From: Eledone cirrhosa | Taxonomy: Eukaryota | Length of the DNA: 64,000 bases | Assembly: GCA_964016885.1 (NCBI GenBank) | Contig: OZ024740.1 | Location: 25,606,001-25,670,000, forward strand | Reading direction: 5' to 3' | Shown: piece after piece, positions 39,950-53,400 of the stretch | Numbering within the stretch: the stretch's first letter is position 1 | How the letters are laid out: each line of letters begins with the position of its first letter | Position numbers and translations under genes: made by a program | Notes under the pieces: model-generated | The model's database searches: none | What the model was told of the DNA's origin: nothing | Seen by the model: the letters and a program-made list of their open reading frames with translations, nothing else

Positions 39950-42900
39950 CTTCTATTGTAGTTGTAGTTACTTCTATTGTAGTTGTAGTTACTTCTATTG
40001 TAGTTGTAGTTACTTCTATTGTAGTTGTAATTACTTCTATTGTAGTTGTAGTTACTTCTATTGTAGTTGTAGATACTCCTATTGTAGTTGTAGATACTTC
40101 TATTGTTGTTGTAGTTACTTCTATTGTAGTTGTAGTTACTTCTATTGTAGTTGTAGTTATTTCTATTGTAGTTGTAGTTACTTCTATTGTAGTTGTAGTT
40201 ATTTCTATTGTAGTTGTAGTTACTTCTATTGTAGTTGTAGTTATTTCTATTGTAGTTGTAGATACTCCTATTGTAGTTGTAGATACTTCTATTGTAGATG
40301 TAGATACTTCTATTGTAGTTGTAGAAGCTTCTATTGTAGATGTTGTTACTCCTATTGTAGTTGTAGTTATTTCTATTGTAGTTGTAGTTACTTCTATTGT
40401 AGTTGTAGTTACTTCTATTGTAGATGTAGTTACTTCTATTGTAGTTGTAGTTACTTCTATTGTAGTTGTAGTTATTTCTATTGTAGTTGTAGTTACTTCT
40501 ATTGTAGTTGTAGTTACTTCTATTGTAGTTGTAGTTACTTCTATTGTAGTTGTAGTTACTTCTATTGTAGTTGTAGATACTTCTATTGTAGTTGTAGTTA
40601 CTCCTATTGTAGTTGTAGTTACTTATATTGTAGTTGTAGTTACTCTATTGTAGTTGTAGTTACTTCTATTGTAGTTGAAGTTACTTTATTGTAGTTGTAG
40701 TTACTTCTATTGTAGTTGTAGATACTTCTATTGTAGTTGTAGTTACTTCTATTGTAGTTGTAGTTACTTCTATTGTAGTTGTAGATACTTCTATTGTAGT
40801 TGTAGTTACTTCTATTGTAGTTGTAGTTACTTCTATTGTAGTTGTAGTTACTTCTATTGTAGTTGTAGTTACTTCTATTGTAGTTGTAGTTACTTTATTG
40901 TAGTTGTAGTTACTTCTATTGTAGTTGTAGTTACTTCTATTGTAGTTGTAGATACTTCTATTGTAGTTGTAGTTACTTTATTGTAGTTGTAGTTACTTCT
41001 ATTGTAGTTGAAGTTACTTTATTGTAGTTGTAGTTACTTCTATTGTAGTTGTAGATACTTCTATTGTAGTTGTAGTTACTTCTATTGTAGTTGTAGTTAC
41101 TTCTATTGTAGTTGTAGATACTTCTATTGTAGTTGTAGTTACTTCTATTGTAGTTGTAGTTACTTCTATTGTAGTTGTAGTTACTTCTATTGTAGTTGTA
41201 GTTACTTCTATTGTAGTTGTAGTTACTTTATTGTAGTTGTAGTTACTTCTATTGTAGTTGTAGTTACTTCTATTGTAGTTGTAGATACTTCTATTGTAGT
41301 TGTAGTTACTTTATTGTAGTTGTAGTTACTTCTATTGTAGTTGTAGATACTTCTATTTTAGTTGTAGTTACTTCTATTGTAGTTGTAGTTACTTCTATTG
41401 TAGTTGTAGTTACTTCTATTGTAGTTGTAGTTTGTTCTATTGTAGTTGTAGTTACTTCTATTGTAGTTGTAGTTACTTCTATTGTAGTTGTAGTTTGTTC
41501 TATTGTAGTTGTAGTTACTTCTATCGTAGGTGTAGTTACTTCTATTGTAGTTGTAGTTACTTCTATTGTAGTTGTAGATACTTCTATTGTAGTTGTAGAT
41601 ACTTCTATTGTAGATGTAGATACTTCTATTATAGTTGTAGTTACTTCTATTGTAGTTGTAGATACTTCTATTGCAATTGTAGTTACTTCTATTGTAGATG
41701 TAGTTACTTCTATTGTAGTTGTAGTTACTTCTATTGTAGTTGTAATTACTTCTATTGTAGTTGTAGTTACTTCTATTGTAGTTGTAGATACTCCTATTGT
41801 ATTTGTAGATACTTCTATTGTTGTTGTAGTTACTTCTATTGTAGTTGCAGTTACTTCTATTGTAGTTGTAGTTATTTCTATTGTAGTTGTAGTTACTTCT
41901 ATTGTAGTTGTAGTTATTTCTATTGTAGTTGTAGTTACTTCTATTGTAGTTGTAGTTATTTCTATTGTAGTTGTAGATACTCCTATTGTAGTTGTAGATA
42001 CTTCTATTGTAGATGTAGATACTTCTATTGTAGTTGTAGAAGCTTCTATTGTAGATGTTGTTACTCCTATTGTAGTTGTAGTTACTTCTATTGTAGTTGT
42101 AGTTACTTCTATTGTAGTTGTAGTTACTTCTATTGTAGTTGTAGTTACTTCTATTGTAGTTGTAGATACTTCTATTGTAGTTGTAGATACTTCTATTGTA
42201 GATGTAGATACTTCTATTATAGTTGTAGTTACTTCTATTGTAGTTGTAGATACTTCTATTGCAATTGTAGTTACTTCTATTGTAGTTGTAGTTACTTCTA
42301 TTGTAGTTGTAGTTACTTCTATTGTAGTTGTAATTACTTCTATTGTAGTTGTAGTTACTTCTATTGTAGTTGTAGATACTCCTATTGTAGTTGTAGATAC
42401 TTCTATTGTTGTTGTAGTTACTTCTATTGTAGTTGTAGTTACTTCTATTGTAGTTGTAGTTATTTCTATTGTAGTTGTAGTTACTTCTATTGTAGTTGTA
42501 GTTATTTCTATTGTAGTTGTAGTTACTTCTATTGTAGTTGTAGTTATTTCTATTGTAGTTGTAGATACTCCTATTGTAGTTGTAGATACTTCTATTGTAG
42601 ATGTAGATACTTCTATTGTAGTTGTAGAAGCTTCTATTGTAGATGTTGTTACTCCTATTGTAGTTGTAGTTATTTCTATTGTAGTTGTAGTTACTTCTAT
42701 TGTAGTTGTAGTTACTTCTATTGTAGATGTAGTTACTTCTATTGTAGTTGTAGTTACTTCTATTGTAGTTGTAGTTATTTCTATTGTAGTTGTAGTTACT
42801 TCTATTGTAGTTGTAGTTACTTCTATTGTAGTTGTAGTTACTTCTATTGTAGTTGTAGTTACTTCTATTGTAGTTGTAGATACTTCTATTGTAGTTGTAG

Positions 42901-44440
42901 TTACTCCTATTGTAGTTGTAGTTACTTATATTGTAGTTGTAGTTACTCTATTGTAGTTGTAGTTACTTCTATTGTAGTTGAAGTTACTTTATTGTAGTTG
43001 TAGTTACTTCTATTGTAGTTGTAGATACTTCTATTGTAGTTGTAGTTACTTCTATTGTAGTTGTAGTTACTTCTATTGTAGTTGTAGATACTTCTATTGT
43101 AGTTGTAGTTACTTCTATTGTAGTTGTAGTTACTTCTATTGTAGTTGTAGTTACTTCTATTGTAGTTGTAGTTACTTCTATTGTAGTTGTAGTTACTTTA
43201 TTGTAGTTGTAGTTACTTCTATTGTAGTTGTAGTTACTTCTATTGTAGTTGTAGATACTTCTATTGTAGTTGTAGTTACTTTATTGTAGTTGTAGTTACT
43301 TCTATTGTAGTTGAAGTTACTTTATTGTAGTTGTAGTTACTTCTATTGTAGTTGTAGATACTTCTATTGTAGTTGTAGTTACTTCTATTGTAGTTGTAGT
43401 TACTTCTATTGTAGTTGTAGATACTTCTATTGTAGTTGTAGTTACTTCTATTGTAGTTGTAGTTACTTCTATTGTAGTTGTAGTTACTTCTATTGTAGTT
43501 GTAGTTACTTCTATTGTAGTTGTAGTTACTTTATTGTAGTTGTAGTTACTTCTATTGTAGTTGTAGTTACTTCTATTGTAGTTGTAGATACTTCTATTGT
43601 AGTTGTAGTTACTTTATTGTAGTTGTAGTTACTTCTATTGTAGTTGTAGATACTTCTATTTTAGTTGTAGTTACTTCTATTGTAGTTGTAGTTACTTCTA
43701 TTGTAGTTGTAGTTACTTCTATTGTAGTTGTAGTTTGTTCTATTGTAGTTGTAGTTACTTCTATTGTAGTTGTAGTTACTTCTATTGTAGTTGTAGTTTG
43801 TTCTATTGTAGTTGTAGTTACTTCTATCGTAGGTGTAGTTACTTCTATTGTAGTTGTAGTTACTTCTATTGTAGTTGTAGATACTTCTATTGTAGTTGTA
43901 GATACTTCTATTGTAGATGTAGATACTTCTATTATAGTTGTAGTTACTTCTATTGTAGTTGTAGATACTTCTATTGCAATTGTAGTTACTTCTATTGTAG
44001 ATGTAGTTACTTCTATTGTAGTTGTAGTTACTTCTATTGTAGTTGTAATTACTTCTATTGTAGTTGTAGTTACTTCTATTGTAGTTGTAGATACTCCTAT
44101 TGTATTTGTAGATACTTCTATTGTTGTTGTAGTTACTTCTATTGTAGTTGCAGTTACTTCTATTGTAGTTGTAGTTATTTCTATTGTAGTTGTAGTTACT
44201 TCTATTGTAGTTGTAGTTATTTCTATTGTAGTTGTAGTTACTTCTATTGTAGTTGTAGTTATTTCTATTGTAGTTGTAGATACTCCTATTGTAGTTGTAG
44301 ATACTTCTATTGTAGATGTAGATACTTCTATTGTAGTTGTAGAAGCTTCTATTGTAGATGTTGTTACTCCTATTGTAGTTGTAGTTACTTCTATTGTAGT
44401 TGTAGTTACTTCTATTGTAGTTGTAGTTACTTCTATTGTA
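39950..44440. repeat. Nested 2,303-bp tandem duplication, overlapping a 1,839-bp duplication (~38550-41590); boundaries approximate
   Basis: Offset 2303: ORFs 40675/42978, 41008/43311, 41432/43735 and palindrome sites 40322/42625, 42037/44340. Offset 1839: ORFs 38836/40675, 39169/41008, 39593/41432. Confidence 0.85.
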
Positions 44441-47400
44441 TTTGTAGTTACTTCTATTGTAGTTGTAGTTACTTCTATTGTAGTTGTAGTTACTTCTATT
44501 GTAGCTGTAGTTACTTCTATTGTAGTTGTAGTTATTTCTATTGTAGTTGTAGTTACTTGTATTGTAGTTGTAGTTATTTCTATTGTAGTTGTAGATACTC
44601 CTATTGTAGTTGTAGATACTTCTATTGTTGTTGTAGTTACTTCTATTGTAGTTGTAGTTACTTCTATTGTAGTTGTAGTTATTTCTATTGTAGTTGTAGT
44701 TACTTCTATTGTAGTTGTAGTTACTTCTATTGTAGTTGTAGTTACTTCTATTGTAGTTGTAGTTATTTCTATTGTAGTTGTAGTTACTTCTATTGTAGTT
44801 GTAGTTACTTCTATTGAATTTGTAGTTACTTCTATTGTAGTTGTAGTTACTTCTATTGTAGTTGTAGTTATTTCTATTGTAGTTGTAGTTACTTCTATTG
44901 TAGTTGTAGTTACTTCTATTGTAGTTGTAGTTATTTCTATTGTAGTTGTAGTTACTTCTATTGTAGTTGTAATTATTTCTATTGTAGTTGTAGTTACTTC
45001 TCTTGTAGTTGTAGTTAGTTCTATTGTAGTTGTAGTTACTTCTATTGTAGTTGTAGTTACTTCTATTGTAGTTGTTGTTACTTCTATTGTAGTTGTAGTT
45101 ATTTCTATTGTAGTTGTAGTTACTTCTATTGTAGTTGTAGTTACTTCTCTTGTAGTTGTAGTTACTTCTATTGTAGTTGTAGTTACTTCTATTGTAGTTG
45201 TAGTTACTTCTATTGTAGTTGTAGTTATTTCTATTGTAGTTGTAGTTACTTCTATTGTAGTTGTAGTTACTTCTATTGTAGTTGTAGTTACTTCTATTGT
45301 AGTTGTAGTTACTTCTATTGTAGTTGTAGTTACTTCTATTGTAGTTGTAGTTATTTCTATTGTAGTTGTAGTTACTTCTATTGTAGTTGTAGTTACTTCT
45401 ATTGTAGTTGTAGTTACTTCTATTGTAGTTGTAGTTACTTCTATTGTAGTTGTAGTTATTTCTATTGTAGTTGTAGTTACTTCTATTGTAGTTTTTGTTA
45501 CTTCTATTGTAGTTGTAGTTATTTCTATTGTAGTTGTAATTACTTCTATTGTAGTTGTAGTTACTTCTATTGTAGTTGTAGTTATTTCTATTGTAGTTGT
45601 AGTTATTTCTATTGTAGTTGTAGTTACTTCTCTTGTAGTTGTAGTTACTTCTATTGTAGTTGTAGTTATTTCTATTGTAGTTGTAGTTACTTCTCTTGTA
45701 GTTGTAGTTACTTCTATTGTAGTTGTAGTTATTTCTATTGTAGTTGTAGTTACTTCTATTGTAGTTGTTGTTACTTCTATTGTAGTTGTAGTTATTTCTA
45801 TTGTAGTTGTAATTACTTCTATTGTAGTTGTAGTTACTTCTATTGTAGTTGTAGTTACTTTATTGTAGTTGTAGTTACTTCTATTGTAGTTGAAGTGACT
45901 TTATTGTAGTTGTAGTTACTTCTATTGTAGTTGTAGATACTTCTATTGTAGTTGTAGTTACTTCTATTGTAGTTGTAGTTACTTCTATTGTAGTTGTAGA
46001 TACTTCTATTGTAGTTGTAGTTACTTCTATTGTAGTTGTAGTTACTTCTATTGTAGTTGTAGTCACTTCTATTGTAGTTGTAGTTACTTCTATTGTAGTT
46101 GTAGTTACTTTATTGTAGTTGTAGTTACTTATATTGTAGTTGTAGTTACTTCTATTGTAGTTGTAGATACTTCTATTGTAGTTGTAGTTACTTTATTGTA
46201 GTTGTAGTTACTTCTATTGTAGTTGTAGATACTTCTATTTTAGTTGTAGTTACTTCTATTGTAGTTGTAGTTACTTCTATTGTAGTTGTAGTTACTTCTA
46301 TTGTAGTTGTAGTTTGTTCTATTGTAGTTGTAGTTACTTCTATCGTAGGTGTAGTTACTTCTATTGTAGTTGTAGTTACTTCTATTGTAGTTGTAGTTAC
46401 TTCTATTGTAGTTGTAGTTACTTCTATTGTAGTTGTAGTTATTTCTATTGTAGTTGTAGTTACTTTATTGTAGTTGTAGTTACTTCTCTTGTAGTTGTAG
46501 TTACTTCAATTGTAGTTGTAGTTACTTCTATTGTAGTTGTAGTTACTTCTATTGTAGTTGTAGTTACTTCTATTGTAGTTGTAGATACTTCTATTGTAGT
46601 TGTAGTTACTCCTATTGTAGTTGTAGTTACTTATATTGTAGTTGTAGTTACTCTATTGTAGTTGTAGTTACTTCTATTGTAGTTGAAGTTACTTTATTGT
46701 AGTTGTAGTTACTTCTATTGTAGTTGTAGATACTTCTATTGTAGTTGTAGTTACTTCTATTGTAGTTGTAGTTACTTCTATTGTAGTTGTAGATACTTCT
46801 ATTGTAGTTGTAGTTGCTTCTATTGTAGTTGTAGTTACTTCTATTGTAGTTGTAGTTACTTCTATTGTAGTTGTAGTTACTTCTATTGTAGTTGTAGTTA
46901 CTTTATTGTAGTTGTAGTTACTTCTATTGTAGTTGTAGTTACTTCTATTGTAGTTGTAGATACTTCTATTGTAGTTGTAGTTACTTTATTGTAGTTGTAG
47001 TTACTTCTATTGTAGTTGAAGTTACTTTATTGTAGTTGTAGTTACTTCTATTGTAGTTGTAGATACTTCTATTGTAGTTGTAGTTACTTCTATTGTAGTT
47101 GTAGTTACTTCTATTGTAGTTGTAGATACTTCTATTGTAGTTGTAGTTACTTCTATTGTAGTTGTAGTTACTTCTATTGTAGTTGTAGTTACTTCTATTG
47201 TAGTTGTAGTTACTTCTATTGTAGTTGTAGTTACTTTATTGTAGTTGTAGTTACTTCTATTGTAGTTGTAGTTACTTCTATTGTAGTTGTAGATACTTCT
47301 ATTGTAGTTGTAGATACTTCTATTGTAGTTGTAGTTACTTTATTGTAGTTGTAGTTACTTCTATTGTAGTTGTAGATACTTCTATTTTAGTTGTAGTTAC

Positions 47401-50400
47401 TTCTATTGTAGTTGTAGTTACTTCTATTGTAGTTGTAGTTACTTCTATTGTAGTTGTAGTTTGTTCTATTGTAGTTGTAGTTACTTCTATTGTAGTTGTA
47501 GTTACTTCTATTGTAGTTGTAGTTTGTTCTATTGTAGTTGTAGTTACTTCTATCGTAGGTGTAGTTACTTCTATTGTAGTTGTAGTTACTTCTATTGTAG
47601 TTGTAGATACTTCTATTGTAGTTGTAGATACTTCTATTGTAGATGTAGATACTTCTATTATAGTTGTAGTTACTTCTATTGTAGTTGTAGATACTTCTAT
47701 TGCAATTGTAGTTACTTCTATTGTAGTTGTAGTTACTTCTATTGTAGTTGTAGTTACTTCTATTGTAGTTGTAATTACATCTATTGTAGTTGTAGTTACT
47801 TCTATTGTAGTTGTAGATACTCCTATTGTAGTTGTAGATACTTCTATTGTTGTTGTAGTTACTTCTATTGCAGTTGTAGTTATTTCTATTGTAGTTGTAG
47901 TTATTTCTATTGTAGTTGTAGTTACTTCTATTGTAGTTGTAGTTATTTCTATTGTAGTTGTAGATACTCCTATTGTAGTTGTAGATACTTCTATTGTAGA
48001 TGTAGATACTTCTATTGTAGTTGTAGAAGCTTCTATTGTAGATGTTGTTACTCCTATTGTAGTTGTAGTTACTTCTATTGTAGTTGTAGTTACTTCTATT
48101 GTAGTTGTAGTTACTTCTATTGTATTTGTAGTTACTTCTATTGTAGTTGTAGTTACTTCTATTGTAGTTGTAGTTACTTCTATTGTAGCTGTAGTTACTT
48201 CTATTGTAGTTGTAGTTATTTCTATTGTAGTTGTAGTTACTTCTATTGTAGTTGTAGTTATTTCTATTGTAGTTGTAGTTACTTTATTGTAGTTGTAGTT
48301 ACTTCTCTTGTAGTTGTAGTTACTTCTATTGTAGTTGTAGTTACTTCTCTTTTAGTTGTAGATACTTCTGTTGTAGATACATCTATTGTAGTTGTAGGTA
48401 CTTCTATTGTAGTTGTAGTTACTTCTATTGTAGTTGTAGTTACTTCTATTGTAGTTGTAGTTACTTCTATTGTAGCTGTAGTTACTTCTATTGTAGTTGT
48501 AGTTATTTCTATTGTAGTTGTAGTTACTTTATTGTAGTTGTAGTTACTTCTCTTGTAGTTGTAGTTACTTCTATTGTAGTTGTAGTTACTTCTCTTTTAG
48601 TTGTAGATACTTCTGTTGTAGATACATCTATTGTAGTTGTAGGTACTTCTATTGTAGTTGTAGTTACTTCTATTGTAGTTGTAGTTACTTTATTGTAGTT
48701 GTAGTTACTTGTATTGTAGTTGTAGTTACTTCTATTGTAGTTGTAGTTACTACTATTGTAGTTGTAGTTACTTCTATTGTAGTTGTAGTTTGTTCTATTG
48801 TAGTTGTAGTTACTTCTATCGTAGGTGTAGTTACTTTTATTGTAGTTGTAGTTACTTCTATTGTAGTTGTAGATACTTCTATTGTAGTTGTAGTTACTTC
48901 TATTGTAGTTGTAGATACTTCTATTGCAGTTGAAGATACTTCTATTGTAGATGTAGATACTTCTATTATAGTTGTAGTTACTTCTATTGTAGTTGTAGAT
49001 ACTTCTATTGCAATTGTAGTTACTTCTATTGTAGTTGTAGTTACTTCTATTGTAGTTGTAGTTACTTCTATTGTAGTTGTAGTTATTTCTATTGTAGTTG
49101 TAGATACTCCTATTGTAGTTGTAGATACTTCTATTGTAGATGTAGATACTTCTATTGTAGTTGTAGAAGCTTCTATTGTAGATGTTGTTACTCCTATTGT
49201 AGTTGTAGTTACTTCTATTGTAGTTGTAGATACTTCTATTGTAGTTGTAGTTACTTTATTGTAGTTGTAGTTACTTCTATTGTAGTTGTAGATACTTCTA
49301 TTTTAGTTGTAGTTACTTCTATTGTAGTTGTAGTTACTTCTATTGTAGTTGTAGTTACTTCTATTGTAGTTGTAGTTTGTTCTATTGTAGTTGTAGTTAC
49401 TTCTATTGTAGTTGTAGTTACTTCTATTGTAGTTGTAGTTTGTTCTATTGTAGTTGTAGTTACTTCTATCGTAGGTGTAGTTACTTCTATTGTAGTTGTA
49501 GTTACTTCTATTGTAGTTGTAGATACTTCTATTGTAGTTGTAGATACTTCTATTGTAGATGTAGATACTTCTATTATAGTTGTAGTTACTTCTATTGTAG
49601 TTGTAGATACTTCTATTGCAATTGTAGTTACTTCTATTGTAGATGTAGTTACTTCTATTGTAGTTGTAGTTACTTCTATTGTAGTTGTAATTACTTCTAT
49701 TGTAGTTGTAGTTACTTCTATTGTAGTTGTAGATACTCCTATTGTATTTGTAGATACTTCTATTGTTGTTGTAGTTACTTCTATTGTAGTTGCAGTTACT
49801 TCTATTGTAGTTGTAGTTATTTCTATTGTAGTTGTAGTTACTTCTATTGTAGTTGTAGTTATTTCTATTGTAGTTGTAGTTACTTCTATTGTAGTTGTAG
49901 TTATTTCTATTGTAGTTGTAGATACTCCTATTGTAGTTGTAGATACTTCTATTGTAGATGTAGATACTTCTATTGTAGTTGTAGAAGCTTCTATTGTAGA
50001 TGTTGTTACTCCTATTGTAGTTGTAGTTACTTCTATTGTAGTTGTAGTTACTTCTATTGTAGTTGTAGTTACTTCTATTGTAGTTGTAGTTACTTCTATT
50101 GTAGTTGTAGATACTTCTATTGTAGTTGTAGATACTTCTATTGTAGATGTAGATACTTCTATTATAGTTGTAGTTACTTCTATTGTAGTTGTAGATACTT
50201 CTATTGCAATTGTAGTTACTTCTATTGTAGTTGTAGTTACTTCTATTGTAGTTGTAGTTACTTCTATTGTAGTTGTAATTACTTCTATTGTAGTTGTAGT
50301 TACTTCTATTGTAGTTGTAGATACTCCTATTGTAGTTGTAGATACTTCTATTGTTGTTGTAGTTACTTCTATTGTAGTTGTAGTTACTTCTATTGTAGTT

Positions 50401-53400
50401 GTAGTTATTTCTATTGTAGTTGTAGTTACTTCTATTGTAGTTGTAGTTATTTCTATTGTAGTTGTAGTTACTTCTATTGTAGTTGTAGTTATTTCTATTG
50501 TAGTTGTAGATACTCCTATTGTAGTTGTAGATACTTCTATTGTAGATGTAGATACTTCTATTGTAGTTGTAGAAGCTTCTATTGTAGATGTTGTTACTCC
50601 TATTGTAGTTGTAGTTATTTCTATTGTAGTTGTAGTTACTTCTATTGTAGTTGTAGTTACTTCTATTGTAGATGTAGTTACTTCTATTGTAGTTGTAGTT
50701 ACTTCTATTGTAGTTGTAGTTATTTCTATTGTAGTTGTAGTTACTTCTATTGTAGTTGTAGTTACTTCTATTGTAGTTGTAGTTACTTCTATTGTAGTTG
50801 TAGTTACTTCTATTGTAGTTGTAGATACTTCTATTGTAGTTGTAGTTACTCCTATTGTAGTTGTAGTTACTTATATTGTAGTTGTAGTTACTCTATTGTA
50901 GTTGTAGTTACTTCTATTGTAGTTGAAGTTACTTTATTGTAGTTGTAGTTACTTCTATTGTAGTTGTAGATACTTCTATTGTAGTTGTAGTTACTTCTAT
51001 TGTAGTTGTAGTTACTTCTATTGTAGTTGTAGATACTTCTATTGTAGTTGTAGTTACTTCTATTGTAGTTGTAGTTACTTCTATTGTAGTTGTAGTTACT
51101 TCTATTGTAGTTGTAGTTACTTCTATTGTAGTTGTAGTTACTTTATTGTAGTTGTAGTTACTTCTATTGTAGTTGTAGTTACTTCTATTGTAGTTGTAGA
51201 TACTTCTATTGTAGTTGTAGTTACTTTATTGTAGTTGTAGTTACTTCTATTGTAGTTGAAGTTACTTTATTGTAGTTGTAGTTACTTCTATTGTAGTTGT
51301 AGATACTTCTATTGTAGTTGTAGTTACTTCTATTGTAGTTGTAGTTACTTCTATTGTAGTTGTAGATACTTCTATTGTAGTTGTAGTTACTTCTATTGTA
51401 GTTGTAGTTACTTCTATTGTAGTTGTAGTTACTTCTATTGTAGTTGTAGTTACTTCTATTGTAGTTGTAGTTACTTTATTGTAGTTGTAGTTACTTCTAT
51501 TGTAGTTGTAGTTACTTCTATTGTAGTTGTAGATACTTCTATTGTAGTTGTAGTTACTTTATTGTAGTTGTAGTTACTTCTATTGTAGTTGTAGATACTT
51601 CTATTTTAGTTGTAGTTACTTCTATTGTAGTTGTAGTTACTTCTATTGTAGTTGTAGTTACTTCTATTGTAGTTGTAGTTTGTTCTATTGTAGTTGTAGT
51701 TACTTCTATTGTAGTTGTAGTTACTTCTATTGTAGTTGTAGTTTGTTCTATTGTAGTTGTAGTTACTTCTATCGTAGGTGTAGTTACTTCTATTGTAGTT
51801 GTAGTTACTTCTATTGTAGTTGTAGATACTTCTATTGTAGTTGTAGATACTTCTATTGTAGATGTAGATACTTCTATTATAGTTGTAGTTACTTCTATTG
51901 TAGTTGTAGATACTTCTATTGCAATTGTAGTTACTTCTATTGTAGATGTAGTTACTTCTATTGTAGTTGTAGTTACTTCTATTGTAGTTGTAATTACTTC
52001 TATTGTAGTTGTAGTTACTTCTATTGTAGTTGTAGATACTCCTATTGTATTTGTAGATACTTCTATTGTTGTTGTAGTTACTTCTATTGTAGTTGCAGTT
52101 ACTTCTATTGTAGTTGTAGTTATTTCTATTGTAGTTGTAGTTACTTCTATTGTAGTTGTAGTTATTTCTATTGTAGTTGTAGTTACTTCTATTGTAGTTG
52201 TAGTTATTTCTATTGTAGTTGTAGATACTCCTATTGTAGTTGTAGATACTTCTATTGTAGATGTAGATACTTCTATTGTAGTTGTAGAAGCTTCTATTGT
52301 AGATGTTGTTACTCCTATTGTAGTTGTAGTTACTTCTATTGTAGTTGTAGTTACTTCTATTGTAGTTGTAGTTACTTCTATTGTATTTGTAGTTACTTCT
52401 ATTGTAGTTGTAGTTACTTCTATTGTAGTTGTAGTTACTTCTATTGTAGCTGTAGTTACTTCTATTGTAGTTGTAGTTATTTCTATTGTAGTTGTAGTTA
52501 CTTGTATTGTAGTTGTAGTTATTTCTATTGTAGTTGTAGATACTCCTATTGTAGTTGTAGATACTTCTATTGTTGTTGTAGTTACTTCTATTGTAGTTGT
52601 AGTTACTTCTATTGTAGTTGTAGTTATTTCTATTGTAGTTGTAGTTACTTCTATTGTAGTTGTAGTTACTTCTATTGTAGTTGTAGTTACTTCTATTGTA
52701 GTTGTAGTTATTTCTATTGTAGTTGTAGTTACTTCTATTGTAGTTGTAGTTACTTCTATTGAATTTGTAGTTACTTCTATTGTAGTTGTAGTTACTTCTA
52801 TTGTAGTTGTAGTTATTTCTATTGTAGTTGTAGTTACTTCTATTGTAGTTGTAGTTACTTCTATTGTAGTTGTAGTTATTTCTATTGTAGTTGTAGTTAC
52901 TTCTATTGTAGTTGTAATTATTTCTATTGTAGTTGTAGTTACTTCTCTTGTAGTTGTAGTTAGTTCTATTGTAGTTGTAGTTACTTCTATTGTAGTTGTA
53001 GTTACTTCTATTGTAGTTGTTGTTACTTCTATTGTAGTTGTAGTTATTTCTATTGTAGTTGTAGTTACTTCTATTGTAGTTGTAGTTACTTCTCTTGTAG
53101 TTGTAGTTACTTCTATTGTAGTTGTAGTTACTTCTATTGTAGTTGTAGTTACTTCTATTGTAGTTGTAGTTATTTCTATTGTAGTTGTAGTTACTTCTAT
53201 TGTAGTTGTAGTTACTTCTATTGTAGTTGTAGTTACTTCTATTGTAGTTGTAGTTACTTCTATTGTAGTTGTAGTTACTTCTATTGTAGTTGTAGTTATT
53301 TCTATTGTAGTTGTAGTTACTTCTATTGTAGTTGTAGTTACTTCTATTGTAGTTGTAGTTACTTCTATTGTAGTTGTAGTTACTTCTATTGTAGTTGTAG

